Below, piece by piece: positions 13,501 through 22,120 of a stretch of 39,264 bases of DNA. The stretch lies in the NCBI GenBank assembly GCA_900128565.1, contig LT635937.1, forward strand, positions 1 through 39,264, in the 5' to 3' direction. Position numbers and translations under genes: made by a program. Position 1 is the first letter of the stretch. Each line of letters starts with the position of its first letter. The notes under the pieces were generated by a model, which did not search any database, was not told the origin of the DNA, and saw nothing but the letters and a program-made list of their open reading frames with translations. This stretch comes from Stramenopiles sp. TOSAG23-6. Lineage: Eukaryota.

Positions 13501-16500
13501 AGACTATAACTGTAAAAAACATGATTGCAATGGGAAGCTGATTTTTCAAGCTGAGCCATTCGATAATGTCACCTGTACAACAATCGGAGAATGGTATGTT
13601 GGGAGTACACAGGCAACGCTTAGAAAAATGGTTGCGAATACTATAGATGCCCAAACTGCAGAACGAAATGCAATAATTAAAGCGACAAATATCACACATA
13701 AGCCACTACTTGAAGCCTACGCTCGTAAAGTTGCCTTTGTACAGACTATGCTTGACGCAAAGATTTCTATCAAAGAAATTCACCGACGGATATTTGCTGG
13801 ACTAGAGAAGCTATCTTTGACAAATGATATCACTGCACGAAACTTTCTCGGTAATATGACTGCTCTAATACGAAAAGACATGAACATTGCTATAAATGCA
13901 ACAAATGTTGTTAATGAAAACAAGATGAAAACAGAGGAGTTGGAGAATGATTTCAGTGCAGCAAATAAAACATTTACTGACGCTAACGAAAAGGCTACTG
14001 TAGCTAAAGCCACATTTGAGAAAGTTCAAAATATAGAAAGAAAAGAAAGGTTAGACCGCTCACGCGTTTGTGCGCTAGAAAATAATCGTGAATTCGATGG
14101 CGAGAGTGCACAGTTTGACACAACAGATCCTTGTATTGTTGATTATTTAGAAAAACGGCGATTTGAGTTAAAAGAGGCTCGTGTTGATATGCTACAACTT
14201 ATCTCTGCAGCAAATGCTACACAAAGTGGGTATACGACAAAATTTTTTGCATTTAATAAATCCCGAAGTCTTCTTGACAAAGTAATACCGATTGCAAACA
14301 AGGCGAAGAGCGCATTGAATATGACTATCAGAACTGCAATAAAAAATATCACAAACGCTGTTACCGATATCAATAGTTTTAAAAATTCATTAACAAATAT
14401 GAGTGGGCGCAAAGAGCTTCTGAACAAGACAGCTGAACTAGGTAAAGATTTGAATAGAACAAGTTCTGTTATTAGCTTCTGGAACAATCTTCCAACTTTG
14501 TTGGATCGTGTATCTGGCGCAACAAATATTTCCAGAGGAGTTTTGCCAGATGACCTTGTGAATGGTTTCCATGACGCCGATTTTTACGACGTAAATAAAG
14601 ACTTGCGTGGTCTTTTAGATGCTGTCGGAAGCAAAGATGTAGTTGGCAACATTTTAATAGATTTACAGAAAAATTTAGACGTTATAAAAAGTAGAAATGC
14701 AACACTAGATGATGTCTTTAATGCATTAAAATCAAACATTTCAGAGAGTCTACATGGAAACATCGATGTAGAACACAATGGAATGAAAAAGATCACAAAA
14801 CTCGCAGGAATGGTATCACAATTGAGCATAATGAAAGCATCAATGGATGCCGCCTCAGCTACAAGATCAAAAGCACAGTCTTCCAATATCACGGATAGTC
14901 TTGTCAGAGAAGTTTCAAAGATGCAAAATTATTTTAATCAACAAGATATATTTAGTGGTGTAATCAAATCCCTCAAAGATGGCACAGCTTCTGCATCAGA
15001 TAAAGAAACAATAGAAACTTTACAGAAGACGATGAATATAGCTAAGGATAATGCAAATCTTAAAGTGGAGGATGAAACAAAATATTACCAGNATCTTCTG
15101 ATTTCTGATCTTGATGATGCATGCAGCGCATACAGGGATAAATATCAACAAGAAAATAGTGGAACACAGGATTCAATTTTATTAGTTGGCGAGCAGTGTA
15201 TTAAGCGCACTCTAGGCCCAGATAATTCATCGACAGAAACAATATTAGATGAAAAGTTGTGGCGGAAGCCCGTTGCAGATAAATCAATCAGTGAAACAGA
15301 AAACACAGATACTTCAAATAATGGGATAATCGGAAGCGTCGTAAAGTACATACAGCCAGATGGAACTGACGAAGGAAAACGGATCACTGCAAAAGTCATA
15401 GGGTTTGAAGACAATGAAGAAAAGTTAAAAGAATCATTTAGTAAGATGCCGTACTATGTCCTGAAACTAGGGGACAGTAAAGAAGTTCATACATTGAGAT
15501 CCCAGTTTTTCATAAAAGGAGAAGAAGGCTACGAAGATCCTGAAGCCGAATCTGAAGTAAGCCCCGAATCCATCGCAGATGCTGAAAATAGTAAAAGCGA
15601 CACGAATGTGTCAGAAGGGGCTAACTCAAATGAAGACGACGCTGGAAATAAATCGGGAGAAAATTCTGAGAATAGTTCAAATTTACTTCATTCTGGGAGT
15701 TCAGATACCGAAACTACAGAGAGAGACACAAATAGTGGAAGTAGAACAACCGAAGTTAAAGTTGGACCCGAAGATACTGAAGATATAATGTTTATTGAAA
15801 CAGGTATAGATACAGCAAATAAAATACATTTGCGTGGCTCTGTATCTACCGTATACTTACAAACGGAGAAGAGCGACACCCCTTCCAGATTTTCAAAGAC
15901 TCCTCCAAATTTGCATACATGGCATGTGTGGTTATCAAAACATAGCATGGGAATATTCAAAAATTTGAAAATTCAAGAAGCTAAACAATCTCAAAATGTA
16001 TTTAATAGTAATTATTCGTTTATCCCATCTGACTTTATGAATGTAAACCAACTTGAAGCACTCATTAAGGGCGATCGAAAGTTTCCTACGTCACGTAGAA
16101 GAATTCCAGAAAACACATTCGCTAATAGTAGTCGGTTCAAACATAATACAGGTACTTCAAATGCACCTATATGCAACTTAGTAATGGATCATGGAAAATC
16201 AATACAACAGATGCAACCCTGTCATTGCGATAAGTTGCAAAGTTTGGCAGATCTAAAAGGTAGTATTGGTATCGAAGATATCCCAGACGATTGTCTGGGT
16301 GATGTCAAACATTTCGCATACTCTCTTGCTTGTAAAAAAATGTGGAATGTATACATGGAAAGTTGTAGCCCAAAGCACATGCGATTGTATCGCACATCAG
16401 GAATACACGTAATCTATAACCAGTGCCACTTACTGAAATTTTCTACTGCTGCTGTGTGTGGAATTGTACCAGGCGAAGATTGGAAATCTCCATTTGTACC

Positions 16501-17191
16501 CAGTAATACTAAATCAGATGCAGAAAGTATGCGTTTTATGAGATCAAAGTTTAGTTGGCAAAGACCTGTTAGTGGAGCATTAGAAAGTAAACTAAAAGAA
16601 ATAGTCAGAAAACTGGAAAGAAGATCACAAGCACCAGCATCATTTATGAGACAGTGGTCAAAGTATGTGGCACATATACAAGACGATAATATTATAGAAT
16701 ACGATTTGTTTAGATTTAGACGAGCGTATGACATTGATGTACCATACGTGTCTGGAAAGACTTATCCAATGACATCTATTCAAATAGAAACTCCCCAAAC
16801 AATTGAGAAACAAATTGATATTGATATTGATTACGCTTTACATATGAGTAACAAGATGGCAAATATGCCGGTTAGTGCTCGATGGATACAACCAAATTTT
16901 CTCTGCTCAGTGGGAAAGCCAATGCTTCCACGCCGATCATTTGGCATAATGAAAGTAGGTATGGGAGACAAGTTTATCCTGTTTTTTGGAGAAGGAATCA
17001 ATGATGGACCTTTGTCAATGAAAGTTGGAGATAAATCATCAATAATGTCAAACAGTACATTTGGAATATTACCACTACCACCGAGAGATTTGAATGATAC
17101 ATTTATTCTGACGGACTTATACAAAGCTTCTGAAGATGAAAAACTCGGTTATGGATTACAGCTGATGTCATGCAATGGTCATCAACTATAG
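1533..17191 (+). CDS. Giant (~5,190 aa) secreted mosaic protein: signal peptide, ~20 four-Cys GxC-x7-C-x5-C..GPC repeats, ankyrin-like repeats, further Cys-rich repeats, Sushi/CCP, Kelch blades, WSC, two IPT/TIG domains, coiled coil; exons 1533-13371 and 13455-17191
   Basis: The first in-frame ATG at 1533 is followed by a hydrophobic leader (MNMFFVVLLLFCMNTSDS). The phase-1 intron 13372-13454 fuses the 3994-aa and 1233-aa ORFs (...LPSGG-F-FDSTCTPKYEHLSSADY...). Motifs: Sushi CKSVPNIDHG..CTYNC..WSEEPPKC (7101-7323); ankyrin ALFWAIQDRNRRGVQFLLDSGADPN (~7542); Kelch PSPRAGH/PAPRYRH/PPSRAGH/PSARFGH with IFGG; WSC YRGCY..RALP..C..FYGLQ..QCWIG..NAVY (10599-10898); IPT PNVTSVFPRQG..IECEVPPGVG..WSYDPPKI..IIQGKNFG (~11976-12720). 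Confidence 0.85.
2274..2400 (+). repeat. Coding 45-bp tandem repeat (about 2.8 copies; SVNRTPINDTKRLDN)
   Basis: TCTGTTAA(T/C)AGAA(C/A)TCCGATAAACG(A/G)CACAAAAAGGCTTGATAAT repeated near-identically; it encodes N-glycosylation sequons (NRT/NDT/NGT). Confidence 0.95.
13372..13454 (+). other. Spliceosomal intron (83 nt) in the giant gene
   Basis: GGAT|GTACGT donor, T-rich body, TATCTAAC branch point, TTGAAATAG| acceptor. Removing it restores a continuous frame between the two long ORFs and deletes an implausible AT-rich ORF tail. Confidence 0.92.
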
Positions 17192-17568
17192 TCGACGTCT
17201 ATAATGTAAAAAATGAAATGTTTATAGAAGAGAAATCTAGGCGAAAAAATTTCTTGTGTTGAGCCTTGTTGAATATTATATCGTTTATTATTATTCACCT
17301 GTACCAGATTAATCCTCCAAAATATGTAATACATATTTTCATTTTCATTGTTCATAAGGAGATCATAGGTGATTTCAATCGTCTAAAAGGAATCACTATC
17401 TACTGTCTAAAGCACCATTTTAAATATATATATAAAAGAGTTATTGAATTCTAGTAAATTTTTATTAAGTACTAGTTAGTGTTTGGTTAAAAGTCTGGGC
17501 CATCATTCGCATTAGATTTTGAGATCAGCTGCATAAATACGAATAACGCGCGCAGGAGACAGGCGACA

Positions 17569-17659
17569 TGCAGTACTAAGTATTGCTGATTGCTTGAATA
17601 TAGCGAACATCTGTAGATTCTGGATTGCATCAAAAAGAGATTAGTTTAGATAATGCACG
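17569..17659 (+). repeat. Direct repeat copy 1 (orphan copy of the RING-CH gene 5' region including ATGCACG)
   Basis: 17590-17659 is identical over 70 bp to 22051-22120. TGCAGTACTAAGT is shared just upstream, and CATCATTCGCATT is shared at 17501-17513 vs 22006-22018. Confidence 0.97.
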
Positions 17660-17740
17660 CGTGAATTAAGTATAGAAAGTATTTCATGTACTTTTTTATT
17701 GTACTTTTCATTTGACAAAATTTAATTTTGCATAACATCT

Positions 17741-20700
17741 TCAATCTACCGAGAATTTGATATACTTTGGAAAGGACTGTTTTTCTACCATCAGATTCAA
17801 CAAAGTCACAATTTTTGATGCACTCTCAGTTTTTTCTTCTTCTTCTCTCAAGACTCTAAAGCACAACATTTGAAATAGTTCGTCATTCCCGTATGTCCTA
17901 CCTATCCCAATTGGTGTGAACAAGTCACAGTTGACAATGTCCTTTTTATCAGGCTTACTCCAACAAAGTCCCATTTTTGTTGTCTGTATTACTTTACTGC
18001 ATTTTGGAATTCCTTGTGACATGTATATCCTGCGAGCAGCAATATTGCGAATTACATCCTCTGCTTCCTGAGCCATCATTTCCTTATCCAATTCAATACG
18101 TTCCCGACGTTCATCCTCATCTAAATCTTCATATGAAAAATCCAACTCTTGAGGGCGAGATTTGGATTGTTTCTCAGGAACAGCCACTTCATTATATGGA
18201 AGGCAAACATCATCTTTTCTTGGCATTTCACATGCAACCATTGCATATATTTTACGGCCCGGCAAGTATACATCTCTCACCATTAATGATATGTCAAAAT
18301 CTTCATTGTAATCGATACCACCCTTGACCAGTAGTGACGTCATTTTTTCGGCATCTGGTTCAGGTACTAATTCGGTCAATTCTTGTTGCAAGGCACTTAG
18401 ACTACTCAAATGCAGTGCTTCTCTTACATCTCGCTCTGCGGATCTGCTTGCATTTTGACATGCAGTATGAATTACATCTGCTTCCACTCTAACAACATCA
18501 CGCAATAAACCCCAAAATAACTCTTGGTTTGTGTCATGTGTAGCCTTTAGCATACTTAAATCCTCTTTTTTACACTTTAGTGACCAGTGTTTTGAGATCT
18601 GTAGAGAGGAATCAGTTCCATGCCCATTTATACTTACCATATCGAACATTACTTTTTGTGTCTTTAATTCACGCAATTTATTGATTATGTTGTTTATGCC
18701 ACCACCAATTAAAGTATAATTGAATTGATTTTTCTGTAAACATTCAACTTCATTTGTGAAGAGTCTGCTAAATACATTATTATGATCTGCTTCAGGTGTT
18801 GTATAAATGATCAGAACATTTTTGGCTGTTTCAGCATTTTTTGATTCATATTGCTCTTCCCCGCATTTAACATAACGAAAACTGTATGTTGGCAGACTTA
18901 AAGGCCTATAAAATTTAATCAGATGACATTCCTCACATTTTTCACACACATTACGAGCTCTGCAGCGATCTCCTTCTAAAGAATGAACTCTCTTCAAATT
19001 AATTTCTTCATGAGAATCTACACCATTCGGCAACTTAAAGAGTTGTTCATGTAAACGATGAACATATATTTGCAATGTACCGTTTTGAATCTTATCATAT
19101 AATCCTCTTGGGACTTCTCCGCCAATTGGATTTGGATTATGGAGGAAACCAAAAAAAGGGTCAAAGTCTGTACGCATTTTGAATTCTTTCAATGCATGCA
19201 TCTTCCCCATAGTCTCTGGTATCTGACCTTGAAGCCGATTATCATTCAAGTCCAGAATTTTCAGATTATCGAGATTGCCTAAACTTTCAGGTATTTCACA
19301 TCGAAAGTCTTGGTTTATTCTTAAAACTTCAAGATTAAGAAGTGTACCAATTTCAGATGGAATAACCCCATACAAAAGTTCATTATTAGCAATGGATATT
19401 TTCACAAGACTCTTCATTGCACCAATAGACTTTGGTATTTCACCTGTAAACTTTGTGTTTTCCACCAATAACTCTGTAAAATCAACATTGAACTGATCAA
19501 TATCTGGAAATTTGCCCTCGAAATCTGGACCTCGAAGGTGTAAAACTAAAGGTCTCTTATGAGAGACTATTCGTGCCACTTTTCGGATTACTAAAAAATT
19601 GTTGTCTACATGCCCACAAAATTTCTCCAATTCGTTCATGGATTCTTTCTCCAATTCATACAATGGCTTCAATTCAGATTGCTTCAATTCATTAATGGAA
19701 TCTTCATCCAATTCATAAAATGGAGAAAGATCCTTTAATGTTTGAAATGCCTTAATTTTAACATTCTGAATGTCTTCAATGCACTCACCAAGGCCAATCA
19801 TTTTCAAATACTCTTTAATTTTTGCAAATTCAGACTCTGTGCTCTGATATAGTATTTCAAATTCTAGAAGCTCGCGTACTTCTGCACGAGGATAATCTAG
19901 CTCATACCAGCGGTAATCTTTACCAACAATTCTTTCTGGTTCTGGACCATAAAAATGGTTGTGTGAGATAACAAAACTTTCTAGTGCGTTGTGCTGAAGT
20001 GCGGTGGGTGGTAATGTTCCTGACATATTATTATGACTGATATCTAGAACTTCCAATTTTATAGGGAGTGTATTTGGAAATTTTCCTGTGATCTGATTAT
20101 GTGATAAGTTAAGTAGTTCCAAGCTTTTCATATGTAGACCAAATTCTGGCAATTTTCCTCTTAATTTATTGTTTGATAATCTCAACAACGTCATTTTGTC
20201 ATGTTCTAGAAGTCTTTTCCATGGTATCAATCCTGTCAAATTATTACCTCCAAGGTCAAGACGTTCTAAATTTTGCAAAAAAAAGCTAGGAATTGATCCA
20301 GATAGTTTTCTGCCGTATCTGTTGCATAAGGAAATTGATTTCAGTGCTGTGAAAGCTCTGAAGATTTCTTGTGGTAAAATCCCAGAAACATCATCCGAAG
20401 TCAAAGTCACAATTAATTTCTTCCTTGGAAGTTCATAGAAGTTCCATCTATTGGATAAAGTTCCAACGATCTTCAGAGTGCCATAACTATAATTTACTTC
20501 CACTCTTTGAAGTAGACTCCTAAGTCTCTTTTTCTCAGCACTTTCAGCCTCCATAACCTCCCTCCAATTGGTATCACCCTTTCTTTCGGGGATTGTTATT
20601 GCGTTTTCCCTAATAGGCTCACTGTATGCCATTAGTTCAAGTTCTTCTAATTTTTCTAGATTACCTATACCAGATGGAATCACATCACCACTGATTTTGT

Positions 20701-21589
20701 TAAAAGCCAGGTCAAGTTTTTCCAGTTGTGTGAGTTTCTGAAATCCCTCTGGATAACGACCATTAATATTAGTATGAGCAATTCGTAAGTCTTTTAGGTT
20801 TGTCAGAGTCGTTATACCTTCAGGTATTTCTCCACTTAGTTTGTTACCAGTCAACTTGAGAACAGTTAGTTTCTGTAATTCACTGATTGTTGACGGTATA
20901 TGCCCTGAAAGTTCGTTGAATGACAAATCAAGATGCTCCAGATTTGAAAGTTTAGAGACTTCAGGTATTTCTCCGCTTAGCTTGTTGTGTGACAAACTAA
21001 GATACTTCAGATTTGAAAGTTTAAAGACTTCAGGTGGAATTGCTCCAATAAGGGGACAATCTCTGCCAACAAGAAGTACTATTATATCCGTCAAAAATCC
21101 AATTGAAGCTGGGATTTTCACTGGGATTTGTTTTCTGTTCATATATTCGTTGCATATGTAGAAACGAGGTGTTTTGTGTATGTATGCCGTTGCGACGTTT
21201 ACATTTATTCTCATTTCGTAAAATTTCACGGAGTCTTTGTTGTAGTCTATTTCGCATACCACTCCAAATTCTTCATCTGATAATCTGTTCAATTTCCTTA
21301 AATAGTTCCCCCATAGAGTAGTAGTAGTATCAGCATCTCCAAGAAGCTTGCTTCTGTCACATGATTTTAAACCTTCTAAACCAAACTTTTGCTTGAATTC
21401 ATTGCTTAATCTACCCTTTCCATTGAATTCCTCAGGAACCATTCTTTTCGATGGTTCTTTCGCTTCTTGCACTGGTTCACCTGGTTCACTGGGTACTCTG
21501 GGTTGAAGTGTTGTTCCAGCAACATCGCCTCCTTGAGCACATTCCAAGGATAGCACAAAGACGATTAACAGTGGTAGTAAACGTGACAT
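17741..21589 (-). CDS. Signal-peptide-bearing plant-type LRR protein with a C-terminal caspase-hemoglobinase-fold (DUF4347-like) putative cysteine peptidase domain
   Basis: Leader MSRLLPLLIVFVLSLECAQG (ATG at 21589). Many LxxLxLSxNxLSGxIP repeats in three blocks. The C-terminal domain has NVLIIYTTPEADHNNVF, MVSINGHGTDSSLQI and ADVIHTACQNA (His-Gly and Cys each following a hydrophobic strand). Single exon, no transmembrane helix seen. Confidence 0.85.
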   Translation of the reverse strand: MSRLLPLLIVFVLSLECAQGGDVAGTTLQPRVPSEPGEPVQEAKEPSKRMVPEEFNGKGRLSNEFKQKFGLEGLKSCDRSKLLGDADTTTTLWGNYLRKLNRLSDEEFGVVCEIDYNKDSVKFYEMRINVNVATAYIHKTPRFYICNEYMNRKQIPVKIPASIGFLTDIIVLLVGRDCPLIGAIPPEVFKLSNLKYLSLSHNKLSGEIPEVSKLSNLEHLDLSFNELSGHIPSTISELQKLTVLKLTGNKLSGEIPEGITTLTNLKDLRIAHTNINGRYPEGFQKLTQLEKLDLAFNKISGDVIPSGIGNLEKLEELELMAYSEPIRENAITIPERKGDTNWREVMEAESAEKKRLRSLLQRVEVNYSYGTLKIVGTLSNRWNFYELPRKKLIVTLTSDDVSGILPQEIFRAFTALKSISLCNRYGRKLSGSIPSFFLQNLERLDLGGNNLTGLIPWKRLLEHDKMTLLRLSNNKLRGKLPEFGLHMKSLELLNLSHNQITGKFPNTLPIKLEVLDISHNNMSGTLPPTALQHNALESFVISHNHFYGPEPERIVGKDYRWYELDYPRAEVRELLEFEILYQSTESEFAKIKEYLKMIGLGECIEDIQNVKIKAFQTLKDLSPFYELDEDSINELKQSELKPLYELEKESMNELEKFCGHVDNNFLVIRKVARIVSHKRPLVLHLRGPDFEGKFPDIDQFNVDFTELLVENTKFTGEIPKSIGAMKSLVKISIANNELLYGVIPSEIGTLLNLEVLRINQDFRCEIPESLGNLDNLKILDLNDNRLQGQIPETMGKMHALKEFKMRTDFDPFFGFLHNPNPIGGEVPRGLYDKIQNGTLQIYVHRLHEQLFKLPNGVDSHEEINLKRVHSLEGDRCRARNVCEKCEECHLIKFYRPLSLPTYSFRYVKCGEEQYESKNAETAKNVLIIYTTPEADHNNVFSRLFTNEVECLQKNQFNYTLIGGGINNIINKLRELKTQKVMFDMVSINGHGTDSSLQISKHWSLKCKKEDLSMLKATHDTNQELFWGLLRDVVRVEADVIHTACQNASRSAERDVREALHLSSLSALQQELTELVPEPDAEKMTSLLVKGGIDYNEDFDISLMVRDVYLPGRKIYAMVACEMPRKDDVCLPYNEVAVPEKQSKSRPQELDFSYEDLDEDERRERIELDKEMMAQEAEDVIRNIAARRIYMSQGIPKCSKVIQTTKMGLCWSKPDKKDIVNCDLFTPIGIGRTYGNDELFQMLCFRVLREEEEKTESASKIVTLLNLMVEKQSFPKYIKFSVD

Positions 21590-21892
21590 TATCAAATTGT
21601 TAATGCGATAGTAATATTATTTGTCTTTTTGCTAGTTCTTGTTGTACACTTAAAATACAGAATATCCGTTATTGAATAAGATTGAATACGTCTATCACCA
21701 AGGCTAACAAATGCGAACAAATGAAGAAAGGTAAAATGGATTTGAAATGCAGCTTTTGGACTGTTCTTCTTTTATGTATATTGGTATGAGAATAATTTGT
21801 TTTTATACAAAGAGTGATGTGATATACTTTTAATGCGTATCTAATTGTAAAGAGATATTTACTAGTAGGTAAAGAGAAAACAGAATAATCCC

Positions 21893-21935
21893 CCGGATTG
21901 ACGAAAATCACCGGATCGACGAAAATCACCGGATT
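21893..21935 (+). repeat. 18-bp tandem repeat CCGGAT(T/C)GACGAAAATCA (~2.4 copies) in the LRR/RING divergent intergenic region
   Basis: CCGGATTGACGAAAATCA CCGGATCGACGAAAATCA CCGGATT, read directly. Confidence 0.9.
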
Positions 21936-22030
21936 CTCTCTACCTACTTAAGCTAATAGTATAACACGAAATCGAGGTTTTTTATTGAAAGACGAAATGG
22001 GCAATCATCATTCGCATTTCAAATGGACTT

Positions 22031-22120
22031 TGCAGTACTAAGTCTTGCGCTTGCTTGAATATAGCGAACATCTGTAGATTCTGGATTGCATCAAAAAGAG
22101 ATTAGTTTAGATAATGCACG
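22031..22120 (+). repeat. Direct repeat copy 2 (5' region and start codon of the RING-CH gene)
   Basis: Matches 17569-17659 and contains the ATG at 22114. Confidence 0.97.

Noticed and set aside
15092-15092. Ambiguous base n as a possible stop or pseudogene lesion
   Set aside because: The codon is nAT (Tyr/His/Asn/Asp); no substitution gives a stop.
1785-17124. Many short antisense or alternate-frame ORFs inside the giant gene (and likewise inside other CDSs)
   Set aside because: They are shadow ORFs of long coding regions with no recognisable motifs.
13490-17191. 1233-aa ORF as an independent gene
   Set aside because: It begins at TTG 35 bp after the previous ORF and is joined in frame by a canonical intron.
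17266-17454. 62-aa ORF, and similarly 21669..21929, 28020..28319 and 31820..32023
   Set aside because: Non-ATG starts, AT-rich UTR/intergenic composition and no domain features.
17741-21589. LRR receptor kinase, NLR or Roco protein
   Set aside because: No transmembrane helix, kinase motifs or P-loop follow the LRRs.
17660-22030. Classical transposon or LTR retrotransposon
   Set aside because: No transposase, RT or integrase ORF and no terminal inverted repeats seen; the flanking repeats are host promoter sequence rather than TG..CA LTRs.
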